This document shows, in pieces, positions 44,468-55,775 of a stretch of DNA of 64,000 bases; the stretch's first letter is position 1; each line of letters begins with the position of its first letter. Position numbers and translations under genes: made by a program. The DNA is from an uncultured Nitrospiraceae bacterium (lineage in GTDB: Bacteria > Nitrospirota > Nitrospiria > Nitrospirales > Nitrospiraceae): positions 128,001-192,000 of the forward strand of contig CAVPLT010000004.1 in assembly GCA_963706325.1 (NCBI GenBank), read 5' to 3'. The notes beneath the pieces are model-generated. The model did no database searches. It had not been told where the DNA came from and saw nothing but the letters and a program-made list of their open reading frames with translations.

Positions 44468-46024
44468 ATGGAACTCTGGCACGATAGAATTCTTATTCTC
44501 GATTACGGGTCCCAATATACGCAATTGATTGCGCGTCGCATTCGCGAGGCGCAGGTCTATTCGCAGATTTTGCCCTGTACCGCATCTCTTGCCACCGTGC
44601 TCGCTTACCGGCCGAAGGGCATCGTGCTGTCTGGTGGTCCGTCGAGCGTGTACGATAAAAAGGCGCCCTCGGTTTCCATGCAATTGTTCGAGCAAGGGAT
44701 TCCCATCCTTGGGATTTGTTATGGCATGCAGCTGGTGACGCATCTCCAAGGAGGCGAGGTGGAGCGAGCGACCCACCGGGAATTTGGCCGGGCTGAGCTG
44801 ACAATCGATGACCGATCGGATCTGTTCAAGGGCATCGGGGCGGGCGGTTCCACCGCTGTGTGGATGTCGCACGGCGATCGGATCGCGCGCATGCCGCCAG
44901 GGTTCCGTTCAATCGCCCACACGGAGAATTCTCCCATTGCGGCCATGAAACGTCACGATGCCAAGCAGCGCATCTACTGCCTTCAGTTTCATCCCGAAGT
45001 GGCGCACACGTCCGAAGGTGCCGGAATTCTAAAAAACTTTGTCTACGATATTTGTGGCTGCAAGCCGACCTGGACTATGCGGTCGTATGTCGAGACGGCC
45101 GTGGAACAGATTCGGGAGAAAGTCGGCACAGAGCGAGTAATCTGTGCGTTGAGTGGCGGGGTTGATTCGTCGGTGGCGGCGGCTCTCACCCACCGAGCGA
45201 TCGGTGATCAGCTGACTTGCATTTTTGTGGATAATGGGGTGTTGCGGGCCGGTGAGCGCGATCAAGTGCAGAAGACGTTTGCCTCGCAACTCCATCTGAA
45301 CATGCGGATCCTCGATCGCACGAGTCAGTTTCTGACGAGTCTGAAAAACGTCATCGATCCTGAACGAAAGCGCAAAATCATCGGGCTCTTGTTCATCAAG
45401 AATTTTGAAGTTGAATCCAAGAAGCTCAAAGGGATCAAGTATCTGGTGCAAGGCACGCTGTATCCCGACGTGATTGAAAGCGTGAGTTTCAAGGGTCCGT
45501 CGGCGACGATCAAGACGCATCACAACGTCGGCGGGTTGCCGACTAAAATGAAGCTGAAACTCATTGAGCCCCTGCGGGAATTGTTCAAAGACGAAGTGCG
45601 GGTGTTGGGCCAAGAACTGGGTTTGCCGGATGAGATCATCTGGCGACAGCCCTTTCCTGGTCCCGGATTGGCAATTCGCGTGCTCGGCGCGGTCACGAAG
45701 GAGCGTCTGGCAATCCTGCGCGGCGCAGAAACGATCGTCGATCAAGAAATTCGAGCCGCCGGACTGTATCGAGAAATTTGGCAGGCCTTTGCTGTTCTAT
45801 TGCCGATCCGAACGGTGGGGGTGATGGGTGATCAGCGGACGTACGAGTACGTGATTGCGATCCGTGCGGTGACGAGCCTCGACGGCATGACCGCCGACTG
45901 GGCTAAGATTCCAGGCGATGTGCTGGGGAAGATGTCGAGTCGGATCATCAACGAAGTACAAGGTGTGAATCGGGTTGTCTATGACATCAGTTCCAAGCCA
46001 CCGTCAACGATTGAGTGGGAGTAG
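44468..46024 (+). CDS. guaA: GMP synthase (glutamine-hydrolysing)
   Basis: [51 protein letters not shown]. Confidence 0.99.
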   Translation: MELWHDRILILDYGSQYTQLIARRIREAQVYSQILPCTASLATVLAYRPKGIVLSGGPSSVYDKKAPSVSMQLFEQGIPILGICYGMQLVTHLQGGEVERATHREFGRAELTIDDRSDLFKGIGAGGSTAVWMSHGDRIARMPPGFRSIAHTENSPIAAMKRHDAKQRIYCLQFHPEVAHTSEGAGILKNFVYDICGCKPTWTMRSYVETAVEQIREKVGTERVICALSGGVDSSVAAALTHRAIGDQLTCIFVDNGVLRAGERDQVQKTFASQLHLNMRILDRTSQFLTSLKNVIDPERKRKIIGLLFIKNFEVESKKLKGIKYLVQGTLYPDVIESVSFKGPSATIKTHHNVGGLPTKMKLKLIEPLRELFKDEVRVLGQELGLPDEIIWRQPFPGPGLAIRVLGAVTKERLAILRGAETIVDQEIRAAGLYREIWQAFAVLLPIRTVGVMGDQRTYEYVIAIRAVTSLDGMTADWAKIPGDVLGKMSSRIINEVQGVNRVVYDISSKPPSTIEWE

Positions 46025-46105
46025 GCCATCGAGAAGCGTGAACCATGTAAGTAAGTTGATTACTTCGAACGACGAGAGACGAACGATGCTTCACGGAAGG
46101 ACCGC

Positions 46106-47467
46106 ATGGAAGTCAGACTACAAAAACTCATCGCCGGGACCGGGCTTGCTTCACGACGCAAGTCTGAAGAGTTAATCACCTCCGGTCGCGTGACCATCAA
46201 CGGCCATGTGGTGAAGGAACTTGGCACCAAGGTGGATCCTGACCGAGATCACGTCAAGGTCGACGGCAAGCACCTGCGGGCCGCGCAGCCCTACGTCTAC
46301 CTCATCCTCAACAAGCCCAAAAATGTCATGTCCACCCTCGACGACCCCGAGGGGCGTCCAACCGTGAAGGATCTCTTGCACGGGGTGACGGTGCGGGTCT
46401 TTCCAGTCGGGCGGTTGGATTTCGATAGTGAAGGGCTCATGCTGCTGACCAATCATGGCGATCTCGCGCAGGCGTTGCTTCATCCACGCTACCATATCCC
46501 GAAAACTTATCTGATCAAGGTCAAGGGCGTGCTCGACGATGCCAAGATCGAGGCCCTTGAACGGGGCGTGAAACTCGAGGATGGGTTTACGGCACCGGCG
46601 AAAGTCATGAAGGTCAGCAAGGCGGAGAGCAATTCCTGGCTCGAAGTCACTATCCATGAGGGCCGGAAGCATCAAGTCAAGCGGATGATCGAGGCCGTAG
46701 GCCATTCGGTCATCAAATTGACACGCATACGTATGGGGCCCTTGCTCCTGGGGGATCTGGCATCAAGAGAATATAGGTTTTTGACCGATCGTGAGGCGAA
46801 TCGCCTGCGCGAACTTGTGGAAGATCGCGTGGCGCGAGTCGAACGTCCGGAATTGGATGCGTCGGGAAAGCCTGCTCGTTGGAAGCCGCCGACGGAACCG
46901 GCTCCGCCGCGTCCCTCGAAGGCTGAGCGCTCAGGGCGAGGGCCGAAGTCTCAACGTTCCGAGCGAAGCTCACGGTCCCAGCGATCCGCCCGTAATGCCA
47001 CACCTCAGCGACCTAGCAGGGGAGGAGGGGCACGGCGCACGGGATCCGGATCGCAATATCAGAGCTCGGCGCCACGGCCAGGTTCTCAGCCGTCCAAATA
47101 CGGCGGGAAGCCTCAACGGCCTGGCCAAGGTAGTACGGCGCGGCGTACGGGATCCCGCTCTCAATATGCTCGTTCTACGGCACGATCAACCGGATCAGGT
47201 TCTCGGCCAGGAGCCAACCCTCGAGGTGCCGCCGGAAGCACGACACCGCGCGTGGGGTCAGGGCAACCGCCGCAGCGCTTCCAAGCGGGACCAGGTTTTC
47301 AGCGTTCCCGATCCGGGGGAAAAACTCAAGGGGTAGGTCGTGGCGCGACGGTGCGCCGCTCTGGCCAGGGCCAGAAATCTCAGCAGGGCCGACGTGGGGG
47401 ACCATCCGCGTCGCGCCAGCGGGGTCCTGCCAGAAAGTCGCGGCCCTCAACGCGGAGACGAGCATGA
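46106..47467 (+). CDS. rluB: 23S rRNA pseudouridine synthase (RluB/RsuA family) with long Arg/Gly/Ser-rich tail
   Basis: S4 domain [34 protein letters not shown]; ~200-aa low-complexity C-terminus. Confidence 0.9.
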   Translation: MEVRLQKLIAGTGLASRRKSEELITSGRVTINGHVVKELGTKVDPDRDHVKVDGKHLRAAQPYVYLILNKPKNVMSTLDDPEGRPTVKDLLHGVTVRVFPVGRLDFDSEGLMLLTNHGDLAQALLHPRYHIPKTYLIKVKGVLDDAKIEALERGVKLEDGFTAPAKVMKVSKAESNSWLEVTIHEGRKHQVKRMIEAVGHSVIKLTRIRMGPLLLGDLASREYRFLTDREANRLRELVEDRVARVERPELDASGKPARWKPPTEPAPPRPSKAERSGRGPKSQRSERSSRSQRSARNATPQRPSRGGGARRTGSGSQYQSSAPRPGSQPSKYGGKPQRPGQGSTARRTGSRSQYARSTARSTGSGSRPGANPRGAAGSTTPRVGSGQPPQRFQAGPGFQRSRSGGKTQGVGRGATVRRSGQGQKSQQGRRGGPSASRQRGPARKSRPSTRRRA

Positions 47468-49227
47468 AGATCAGGACCCATCGATGCGGAGAATTGACCA
47501 AGGCCCAGGTCGGACGACAGGTTATCTTAAACGGTTGGGTGCAACGTCGCCGCGATCACGGCACCGTGCTGTTTATCGACCTCCGTGATCGAACCGGGTT
47601 GACCCAGGTCGTCTTTAATGCGGAGCGTAACGCGGCGGTCCATCAAGCCGGCCATATCTTGCGCAGCGAATGTGTCGTGTCGATCAGCGGGCAGGTTATG
47701 GCCCGTCCGGAAGAATCGCGAAATTCGCATTTGCCGACCGGTGATATCGAGATCTTCGTCGATGCCGTTGAGATTCTCAACGAAGCCAAGACGCCCCCCT
47801 TCATGATCGAGGATGACCTTGAGATCACCGAGGCGCTACGTTTGAAATACCGTTACCTCGATCTCCGACGCCCAAAAATGCAACGGTTGCTTGAGTTACG
47901 CCATGGAGTTATGCAGGCTGTGCGAGCGTTCTTGAATGCGGAGAGTTTCCTTGAGGTGGAAACTCCAATGTTGACGAAGAGCACGCCGGAAGGCGCGCGG
48001 GATTATCTCGTGCCGAGCCGCGTCAATCCAGGAATGTTTTACGCGCTGCCTCAGTCGCCGCAGCTCTTCAAACAGGTGCTGATGGTGAGCGGGGTAGATC
48101 GCTATTACCAAATCGCCCGCTGTTTCCGCGATGAAGATTTGCGCAACGACCGCCAGCCGGAATTTACCCAGATCGACCTCGAAATGTCGTTCGTAGATCG
48201 CGACCAGGTCATGTCGCTCATGGAGCGGATGATCGTCTCTGTGTTCAAGACTGCCGGCGCAGTGCAATTGCCCGTGCCGTTTCCGCGGATGACGTATGCC
48301 GAGGCTATGGGGCGTTATGGGTCGGACAAGCCTGATCTTCGGTTCGGGATGCCGTTGCACGATGTCACTGCGTTTGCCGCGAAGAGCGAGTTCAAAGTGT
48401 TCAAGGAAGCCGCGACCAAGGGCGGGCTGGTGAAGGCCTTGATCGTGTGTGGTGGGGCATCTATGGCGCGAAGTCGAATCGACGCGCTGGGTGAGACGGC
48501 GAAGAGCTTCGGCGCCAAGGGCCTGGCTTGGTTGAAGATCACGGCGGAAGGCCAGCTGGAATCGGTGATTGCCAAGTTTCTCGATGCCCAAGCGTTCGGG
48601 CTAGCCCTGCCGGAAGCGAAGCCCGGCGATTTGGTCCTATTCGGCGCCGACAAGCCAGCGGTGGTGCATGATGTGTTGGGACGTATTAGGCTGCAGCTCG
48701 GTGAGGAACTCAATCTCATCGACAAGCAGGCCTGGAAGCCTCTCTGGGTGACGGAGTTTCCGTTGCTGGACTATTCGCCGGAAGAGAAACGCTATATCTT
48801 TATGCACAACCCCTTTGCCGCACCGATGGATGAAGACCTGCCGTACCTGGATACGGAGCCCTTGAAAGCGCGAGCCAAGGCCTATGACATGGTGCTGAAC
48901 GGGAGCGAAATCGGTGGCGGCAGCATTCGAAACCACCGGAGCGACACCCAGTTTCGGATTCTCGATCTGTTGGGAATCGGCAAGGAACAGGCTCAAGCCA
49001 AATTCGGCTTCCTGCTGGAGGCGTTGGACTATGGCGCGCCTCCACACGGTGGAATCGCCTTCGGCCTCGACCGCTTGATTATGCTGCTGGGCGGCGCCGA
49101 CTCCATTCGTGATGTCATCGCCTTCCCAAAGACCCAGCGCGCGCAATGCCCGCTGACCGAGGCGCCGTCTTCGGTGAGTGCCGACCAGTTGAAGGAATTG
49201 CGGATCAAGCTGGATCTCGTCGAGTAG
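47464..49227 (+). CDS. aspS: aspartate--tRNA ligase (probably non-discriminating Asp/Asn)
   Basis: RTHRCG, RRRDHG (His typical of ND-AspRS), [34 protein letters not shown]. Confidence 0.98.
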   Translation: MKIRTHRCGELTKAQVGRQVILNGWVQRRRDHGTVLFIDLRDRTGLTQVVFNAERNAAVHQAGHILRSECVVSISGQVMARPEESRNSHLPTGDIEIFVDAVEILNEAKTPPFMIEDDLEITEALRLKYRYLDLRRPKMQRLLELRHGVMQAVRAFLNAESFLEVETPMLTKSTPEGARDYLVPSRVNPGMFYALPQSPQLFKQVLMVSGVDRYYQIARCFRDEDLRNDRQPEFTQIDLEMSFVDRDQVMSLMERMIVSVFKTAGAVQLPVPFPRMTYAEAMGRYGSDKPDLRFGMPLHDVTAFAAKSEFKVFKEAATKGGLVKALIVCGGASMARSRIDALGETAKSFGAKGLAWLKITAEGQLESVIAKFLDAQAFGLALPEAKPGDLVLFGADKPAVVHDVLGRIRLQLGEELNLIDKQAWKPLWVTEFPLLDYSPEEKRYIFMHNPFAAPMDEDLPYLDTEPLKARAKAYDMVLNGSEIGGGSIRNHRSDTQFRILDLLGIGKEQAQAKFGFLLEALDYGAPPHGGIAFGLDRLIMLLGGADSIRDVIAFPKTQRAQCPLTEAPSSVSADQLKELRIKLDLVE

Positions 49228-49242
49228 GAGGGGGTTCGACCC

Positions 49243-50406
49243 ATGGCCGGCAATACGTTTGGCCGAGTCTTCACCGTTACCTCATTCGGCGAGAGCCACG
49301 GGCCGGCGATCGGGTGCGTCGTCGATGGCTGTCCGCCCGGCCTCGTCCTTTCCACCGCAGATATCCAGCAGGATCTCGACCGACGCAAGCCCGGCACCTC
49401 GCGCCACGTCACTCAGCGGCAGGAGTCTGATACCGTCGAGATTCTCTCCGGTGTGTTCGAAGGCAAAACCACTGGCACGCCAATCGCCCTCCTCATCAGA
49501 AATGAAGATGCCCGCAGTCGTGACTACGGCAATCTCGCGGAGACCTTTCGTCCCGGCCACGCCGATTACACCTATTGGCAGAAATATGGGATCCGCGATC
49601 ACCGTGGTGGAGGTCGATCTTCCGCGCGTGAAACCGCGGTGCGTGTCGCCGCCGCGGCGATTGCCAAGAAATGGCTCTTAGAAAAATATGGCGTGGTGAT
49701 TCGCGGGTATCTCAGTCAGCTTGGGCCGATAGAATTGCCGTTCAGAACGTGGGATGCGGTCGACGTCAACGCCTTCTTCTCGGCAGATCCCGACAGCGTG
49801 GCGACGTGCGAGACCTTTATGGATGAACTGCGAAAGGCCGGTGATTCCGTCGGGGCGAGGATTACGACGGTCGCGGAGCATGTGCCGGTCGGGTGGGGAG
49901 CGCCGGTCTATGCGAAGCTGGACGCCGACTTGGCAGCCGGCATGATGAGCATCAATGCCGTGAAGGCGGTTGAGATCGGATCGGGTTTCGAGTCGGTCGT
50001 TCAACGCGGCTCCGAACATGGCGACGAACTGACGCCGGAGGGGTTTCTTTCCAATCATGCCGGTGGCATTCTTGGCGGCATCTCGACCGGCCAAGATGTG
50101 GTCGTGACGATCGGTATTAAGCCGACCTCGAGCATTCGTGTCCCGCGTCGATCAATCGACAAGCTGGGGAATCCGGTGACGGTGGAGACCAACGGCCGCC
50201 ACGACCCTTGCGTCGGGATCCGAGCGACGCCCATCGCCGAAGCTATGATGGCCCTTGTATTGATGGATCATGCCCTCCTGCATCGCGCGCAGAATGCCGA
50301 CGTGAAGACCTCCACGCCGAAGATTGCGGCGTCTGCCAACACATCACCCGCGCCGCGTAGATCCGCCGGCTCAGCAAAAGCCAACTCCGATCCAATCGAA
50401 GCCTAG
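49243..50406 (+). CDS. aroC: chorismate synthase
   Basis: [37 protein letters not shown]. Confidence 0.99.
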   Translation: MAGNTFGRVFTVTSFGESHGPAIGCVVDGCPPGLVLSTADIQQDLDRRKPGTSRHVTQRQESDTVEILSGVFEGKTTGTPIALLIRNEDARSRDYGNLAETFRPGHADYTYWQKYGIRDHRGGGRSSARETAVRVAAAAIAKKWLLEKYGVVIRGYLSQLGPIELPFRTWDAVDVNAFFSADPDSVATCETFMDELRKAGDSVGARITTVAEHVPVGWGAPVYAKLDADLAAGMMSINAVKAVEIGSGFESVVQRGSEHGDELTPEGFLSNHAGGILGGISTGQDVVVTIGIKPTSSIRVPRRSIDKLGNPVTVETNGRHDPCVGIRATPIAEAMMALVLMDHALLHRAQNADVKTSTPKIAASANTSPAPRRSAGSAKANSDPIEA

Positions 50407-50413
50407 CGGCCAC

Positions 50414-51202
50414 ATGGCCAGGCTTCCGATCATCGACATTCAGCATGCCACCGTCTGTCGCGGCGATACGCGTGTGTTTTCTGACTTTTCGTTGACTCTT
50501 CAGGAAGCTGAACACGTTGCCATCCTCGGGCCCAACGGGGCCGGAAAGTCGACCTTTCTCAAGTTACTCACCGGCGAAGTCCATCCGATGGCGCTCGAGC
50601 ATACCCGCCTGCGACTGTTTGGCGAAGAGCGATGGAATGTTTGGGATGTGCGAAAGAAGCTGGGAATCGTCTCGTCCGACCTGCAGCGGGATTACCTGAT
50701 TTGCGCCGAAGGTCGCAACGTAGTTCTCTCCGGGTTCTACGCCAGCAACGACACCTACGACCATCAAACGTTTACCCAGGCGCAGGTGAGTCGGGCAAAC
50801 GATGTGATGCGCGAGCTGGGAATCGAGTCCTTCGCGCCGCGTTCATTCGGACATCTCTCGACAGGGGAGCAGCGCCGGTTTCTGTTCGGACGAGCGTTGG
50901 TCCACGATCCACCGGTACTCGTACTTGATGAGCCGACCAGCGGACTTGATCTCAAAGCTTGCTTCCAGTATCTGGATCTCGTGCGGGCACAGATCCGCAA
51001 GGGCAAGACCGTCGTACTCGTCACGCACCATCTGCATGAAATTCCACCTGAGATTGATCGCGTGATCTTCCTGAAAGGCGGACAAATTCATGCGGATGGA
51101 CTGAAATCCGCCCTACTCACCAACGACCACCTCAGCAACCTCTTCGACCGCCGTATCGTTCTCGCCCAGGCCAACGGCTGGTACCAAGCGTTGCCGGGGT
51201 GA
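50414..51202 (+). CDS. stand-alone ABC ATP-binding protein (ModF-like)
   Basis: Walker A GPNGAGKS, signature LSTGEQRR, Walker B VLVLDEP, VTHH. Confidence 0.9.
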   Translation: MARLPIIDIQHATVCRGDTRVFSDFSLTLQEAEHVAILGPNGAGKSTFLKLLTGEVHPMALEHTRLRLFGEERWNVWDVRKKLGIVSSDLQRDYLICAEGRNVVLSGFYASNDTYDHQTFTQAQVSRANDVMRELGIESFAPRSFGHLSTGEQRRFLFGRALVHDPPVLVLDEPTSGLDLKACFQYLDLVRAQIRKGKTVVLVTHHLHEIPPEIDRVIFLKGGQIHADGLKSALLTNDHLSNLFDRRIVLAQANGWYQALPG

Positions 51203-51261
51203 TGTCTCTGACGGATACGGCTATGCACGGTGTGCTGGGGTCGGTCTCCTTGCTCTCACCT

Positions 51262-52296
51262 CTATCCCCCTCCCAGCGTGACGGTGAACGTTAGATTCGT
51301 ATCGATCCGGCGGACTTTCACTGCAACCTTCTGGCCCGGTGTGGTCCTCTCGATGAGGTAATTCTTCAGATGAGCGGCATCGTCGATCTCGGTGTCCTCC
51401 ACCGCGATAATGATGTCGTGTTTTTGGATGCCGGCTGATTTCGCTGGCTCCATCACGTCCTTGACCGCCATCCTCCACTTGGTCCCGTCCTTCACCGCTA
51501 CCATATGAATGCCCATTCTGGAGAAGGCCAGGGGTTTCCCTTCCAGCGCGGCGGTGATAATTCGTTCGGCAAGTCTCGCGGGGATGGCAAAAGCCATACG
51601 ACTACAGCGAGCGGTGGAGTCGTCGCGTTCGGTTTGGATGATGGCGTGCATGATGCCGACCACGTCGCCCTGGTCGTTGAAGAGTCCGCCGCCGGAGTTG
51701 CCACTGCAGGCAGCCACATCGGCTTGAATCAACCGCGTGTCTACCGTTTGGAGGAAGGTATTGGTATTGCCCAGGTGCCCGAAGGACATGGTTGGGCCCC
51801 AGCCCATGGGATAACCAACGGTGAAGACGTCCTGTCCCGGCTGCACGTCACCAGAGGCGAACGAGACACCCGCGAGCAGTTTGGCACGATGTGCCTCGGT
51901 GACACGATAGACGACGACGTCTATGAAGGCGCTGTCGCCGATCAGATCAGCCGGAATTTCGTGGAGATCGGTGGTCAGGATACGGATCTGTTTCTGAAGG
52001 AGGGTGCCGGTCGTGACATCCTGTTTTTCCGCGGCGTGCCGGGCGGTGACAATATAGCCGTCGCGAAGATGAAAGCCGGTGCCACGAACAAGAATCTTCC
52101 CTGGTTTGTCCGGGGTGCGTTGATCCTGCGTGTCTTCCAGCACACCGATGGTGGCTAGTTTTGCCCGGTCGAGGGCCGCGGCATCGACGGCGGCTTCAGC
52201 CTCGGAGAGAAGTCCCGTTACAAGACTGACGCAGGCAACCATGAGTACCGTACAACGCAGGATAGGATGTGGGGAGCGAGCTGATGCGAGCGACAT
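51262..52296 (-). CDS. exported trypsin-like (S1C/HtrA-type) serine protease with PDZ domain
   Basis: GTGF, VTARH, GYPMG, GNSGGGLFN; C-terminal PDZ PAKSAGIQKHDII. Confidence 0.9.
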   Translation of the reverse strand: MSLASARSPHPILRCTVLMVACVSLVTGLLSEAEAAVDAAALDRAKLATIGVLEDTQDQRTPDKPGKILVRGTGFHLRDGYIVTARHAAEKQDVTTGTLLQKQIRILTTDLHEIPADLIGDSAFIDVVVYRVTEAHRAKLLAGVSFASGDVQPGQDVFTVGYPMGWGPTMSFGHLGNTNTFLQTVDTRLIQADVAACSGNSGGGLFNDQGDVVGIMHAIIQTERDDSTARCSRMAFAIPARLAERIITAALEGKPLAFSRMGIHMVAVKDGTKWRMAVKDVMEPAKSAGIQKHDIIIAVEDTEIDDAAHLKNYLIERTTPGQKVAVKVRRIDTNLTFTVTLGGG

Positions 52297-52477
52297 AGAA
52301 AACCGTTCCTTTCGTGAGAATGTCGTCAGGCATTCAGTATAATCTAGAGCTGATCCTTGAGGGAATGTCCTTCACTGCCGGCGTGAGGTCGGTAGCAGGC
52401 CTGCTCGCTGCCATGGCATCGCATATGGGGCTGGGCTATGCTGTGAATATGCTGCGCTGCACATACAAACGAGTTTC

Positions 52478-53003
52478 ATGACGATGCTGGTGCTGCTGGC
52501 TGGCTGCTCGTCCACCTCGATTATTCCTGAGCCACTGGAACCACAGATCGACAAGTCCGTGACATTCAGTCAGCTTTTGGAGTCACCCGATTCGTATCGT
52601 GGCAAGGTGTTGGTCTTGGGCGGGGAAGTGCTAAAGGCGAAGCGATGGACGGCGGCACCCAGCTGGAGGTATTGCAGCGTCCCTTGGATGTCGATCAGGG
52701 ACCGGTGGCCGAGCGAACGGCATCGAAAGGCCGATTTCTGGCATGGCAGAAGGAGTTCCTCGATCCGCCACAATTGCAGACGGCACCAGAGTCACTATTG
52801 TCGGGGAGGTAACTGATGCGGTGCTCGACAAGATGGATGAGGCCGACTATCGTTACCCGACCTTGGAGATACAACATCTCCACCGATGAGAGGCCCGTCG
52901 GATTGAAGATCCACAAGCGCAGGGACCCTGGTGGGGGGTATTCGGCGGGGTCGGTATCGGCGGGGGCAGCCGCAGTGGAGGCCGCATCAGCATCGGGTTC
53001 TAG
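52478..53003 (+). pseudogene. Slp-family outer-membrane lipoprotein pseudogene
   Basis: Lipobox LAGC, then PDSYRGKVLVLGGEV. Frameshift near 52645 (GTQLEVLQRPLD...SKGRFLA...FLDP), second frameshift near 52767 (GTRVTIVGEV...YRYP), in-frame TGA at 52887-89 where Trp is expected, Gly-rich end GGVGIGGG...SIGF-TAG. Confidence 0.85.
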
Positions 53004-53345
53004 GTCGGTGGTCAAGTCAATGCCGGGAGTGTTTATGACAGAGACACTTGTGGTTTGCGCACGATGCGATCGACGGTTTCCTATTCATTTTTTTAAAAAC
53101 ACCAGGAACGCGACTTCAGTTGCCACGCTAGCCGACGGTAGATAGCCGATCAGGGACTGTTTCATTAGAATCGGGCCAGAACAGTAAGATGCGATGCCGG
53201 AAATGCTCGGATGGCAATGCTAGCTGGCACGACCGTCTTTGCTTTCAAGGTGGTGCCGAGACGAGGCATCACGCCGGTCGGACGCGGCCTTTGATTCGAG
53301 CAGAGCGAGGGGACTGACGCACACCCTTTTGGGGAATGAAGTGAG

Positions 53346-54212
53346 CTAGGAGCGCCCGCCGGAAAAGGTATCGCAGGCATGAGGATCGCCAGACTGGAGC
53401 CCTCGTCGCAGCCACGTCTTGCGTTGTTCGGATGAGCCGTGGGTCCAACGTTCCGGTTGCACCTCTCCTTGGGACAGTTTTTGTAGACGATCATCTCCGA
53501 TGGCCGCGGCTGCGGCCAGGCCTGCTTCGAAATCGCCGGGCTCGATGAGATTTCGCCTGTGCTGGGCCTGGTAACCCCAGACGCCGGCAAAACAATCTGC
53601 CTGGAGTTCCATGCGAACCGAGAGCGCGTTGCGTTCCGAGGTGGAAATCCGTTGCTGCATCCGCGTGACCTTCTCGGCGACACCCAGCAGATTCTGGACA
53701 TGGTGTCCGATCTCATGGGCAATGACGTAGGCCTGGGCGAAGTCGCCGGGTGCGCCGAGCCGTTCGGCCATTTCCTGAAAAAAAGACAGGTCCAAATAGA
53801 CCTTGCCGTCACTAGGGCAGTAGAAGGGGCCGACCGCAGACGAGGCCGTGCCGCAGGCGGACCGAACCGCCTCGGTGAATAACACCAGTTGAGGATTCTG
53901 ATAAGCACGGCCCATTGTCGGCAGAAGTTCTCGCCAGGTATCCTCGGTATCGGCAAGGACGACGGAGGCAAATTTGCCGAGGCTGTCGGTGGGGGCGCCG
54001 ATCGGTCCTGGTCGGTCTGGTTCTGAGGACGTGGTGATATCCTGCACGCCGTTGAGCATATTGAGGAGCGTGAGTGGATTAGTCCCTGTCAAAAAACTCA
54101 CTGCAAGAATGACCGCAATCCCCCCGAGTCCAATGCCGACGCCCGATCTGGCCGGACCCATTCCCCGACGATCTTCAACGTTTTGGCTTTCCCGTTGGCC
54201 GCCCCATCGCAT
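53346..54212 (-). CDS. YpfJ-like neutral zinc metallopeptidase
   Basis: RESQNVEDRRG, GPFYCPSD.KVYLDLSFF, YVIAHEIGHHVQ, ELQADCFAG, THGSSEQR. Confidence 0.92.
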   Translation of the reverse strand: MRWGGQRESQNVEDRRGMGPARSGVGIGLGGIAVILAVSFLTGTNPLTLLNMLNGVQDITTSSEPDRPGPIGAPTDSLGKFASVVLADTEDTWRELLPTMGRAYQNPQLVLFTEAVRSACGTASSAVGPFYCPSDGKVYLDLSFFQEMAERLGAPGDFAQAYVIAHEIGHHVQNLLGVAEKVTRMQQRISTSERNALSVRMELQADCFAGVWGYQAQHRRNLIEPGDFEAGLAAAAAIGDDRLQKLSQGEVQPERWTHGSSEQRKTWLRRGLQSGDPHACDTFSGGRS

Positions 54213-54402
54213 GGTTGGACTCCTTGAATGAGATGTGCCGCGCGTGCCTATCGGCAAACTGACTCAAGGGAAGTCTCAAGTCAAGCTGACATATCGAGCA
54301 AGGATGTCGATAATGATTCCACTGAAACGGCATCGATAGCATGTTGTGACCGGTCCATATCGGGAGTAGACATGCTTTGGATAGGTTCGTTACACTGAGC
54401 GT

Positions 54403-55011
54403 ATGATGACTACTATGGTGCCTTTCCGTCGATTCGCGCTGACCACATTCACTAGTCTCGGGCTGCTTGCCCTGCTTCAAGGATGTCAGACTCCCTCGGG
54501 CTTGCCGCCGAGTGTGAACTTGAAGCCTAGTTTGGCGGCGCCGGAATGCCCCAAGATCGGCGGCATCTATGAATTGAATGGCGAGGCGTTACCGGGCATG
54601 GTGGATTTCTATCGGAACCGGAACAGCAAGTTAACTTTGAATGCCATGCTCGGTGTGGCGGCGCCTGCGGATATTTTGCAGGATGCGGTACGGGTGGAGC
54701 TGTTGCATGACGACACGCTGGAATTGGTCAATCGACATGATGGCGCAATTACGGCCCATCAGCTCGACTTGCAGCCGGAGGATCGCGTGACCTGCAACCG
54801 CAATCACATTACGATCTATCGAACCCGGTTCGAGGGGGGCGATGACCCGGAGCCGCTCCGCAACATTTCAAACATCGCGCAGGATCTGACAGTGGAAGGG
54901 GATGGTACGCTCCTTGTCAGAACCCGCATCATGAACCAGAGCAAATCTGCTTTCTTCAGCACACCGATGCCACAGGAAGAGTATGGGGCCCGATTCAGAC
55001 GTCTCGATTGA
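54403..55011 (+). CDS. hypothetical lipoprotein
   Basis: Basic N-terminus, hydrophobic stretch and LLQGC lipobox. Confidence 0.75.
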   Translation: MMTTMVPFRRFALTTFTSLGLLALLQGCQTPSGLPPSVNLKPSLAAPECPKIGGIYELNGEALPGMVDFYRNRNSKLTLNAMLGVAAPADILQDAVRVELLHDDTLELVNRHDGAITAHQLDLQPEDRVTCNRNHITIYRTRFEGGDDPEPLRNISNIAQDLTVEGDGTLLVRTRIMNQSKSAFFSTPMPQEEYGARFRRLD

Positions 55012-55147
55012 CCACTTGCTCTCGACCTGCTCGTATGACTCCCCCTGCTCATATGCCTCATTTCTTTTCCGCCTCCTTACTCCAGCACCTCGTCTGGTGG
55101 TAGTGTGCTACTGCCTCTGGCATTGAAAATACTCAGAGCATCTCCCT

Positions 55148-55735
55148 ATGACAGCCCATACCAGGCTTCGCACTCTTGCATTTCACAAGCCCTATGATGT
55201 GCTGCCTTGCTTTACCGATCCGGAGGGGCGTCCGACGCTGGGCGACTATATTAATGTACCCGGCGTGTATGCAGCCGGTCGGCTTGATCGTGACAGCGAG
55301 GGGCTGGTGCTGCTGACCTCAGACGGTTCGCTGGCTCATCGGATAACTGACCCGCAACACCATCTCCCCAAAGTATATTTGGTTCAAGTGGAACGAATTC
55401 CTGATGCGGCCGCCTTGGAACGCTTATGCAAGGGGGTGGTTGTCAGCGGGACATGCACGAGGCCTGCGCAGGCTCGCCTATTGGAAGCGCCACCGCAGTT
55501 GCCGGACCGGCCAGTTCCGATTCGATTCCGGAAGCAGGTCCCCACCGCCTGGCTGGAACTTACATTGCGCGAAGGAATGAATCGGCAAGTGCGCCGTATG
55601 ACTGCCGCAGTGGGCCATCCCACCTTGCGATTAGTGCGGGTCGCGATCGGCCCGATCACGTTGGGGGATCTCCTGCCCGGTCAGTGGCGGGAGCTGACAA
55701 CGAAACAAACCGACGAGATGTATCGCCCGATGTAG
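55148..55735 (+). CDS. rluE: 23S rRNA pseudouridine synthase, RluE-like (no S4 domain)
   Basis: FHKPYDVL, YAAGRLDRDSEG, KVYLVQVE, PIRFRK..PTAWL, EGMNRQVRRMTAAVGHPTLRLVR. Confidence 0.9.
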   Translation: MTAHTRLRTLAFHKPYDVLPCFTDPEGRPTLGDYINVPGVYAAGRLDRDSEGLVLLTSDGSLAHRITDPQHHLPKVYLVQVERIPDAAALERLCKGVVVSGTCTRPAQARLLEAPPQLPDRPVPIRFRKQVPTAWLELTLREGMNRQVRRMTAAVGHPTLRLVRVAIGPITLGDLLPGQWRELTTKQTDEMYRPM

Positions 55736-55775
55736 GAGACCGGTATTTGCTGCCGAACCTGGAGGAAAACATCCA

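Noticed and set aside
52887..52889. In-frame TGA in the Slp gene as selenocysteine or recoding
   Set aside because: The position corresponds to an expected Trp and the gene also has two frameshifts, so nonsense decay is the simpler explanation.
53225..53242. TGGCAC...TTTGC as a sigma-54 promoter
   Set aside because: The GG-to-GC spacing is longer than the required 10 nt and no gene follows on that strand.
53165..53971. 268-aa alternative-frame ORF overlapping the YpfJ-like gene
   Set aside because: Same-strand off-frame ORF with Pro/Arg/Ser-rich shadow composition and no recognisable domain.
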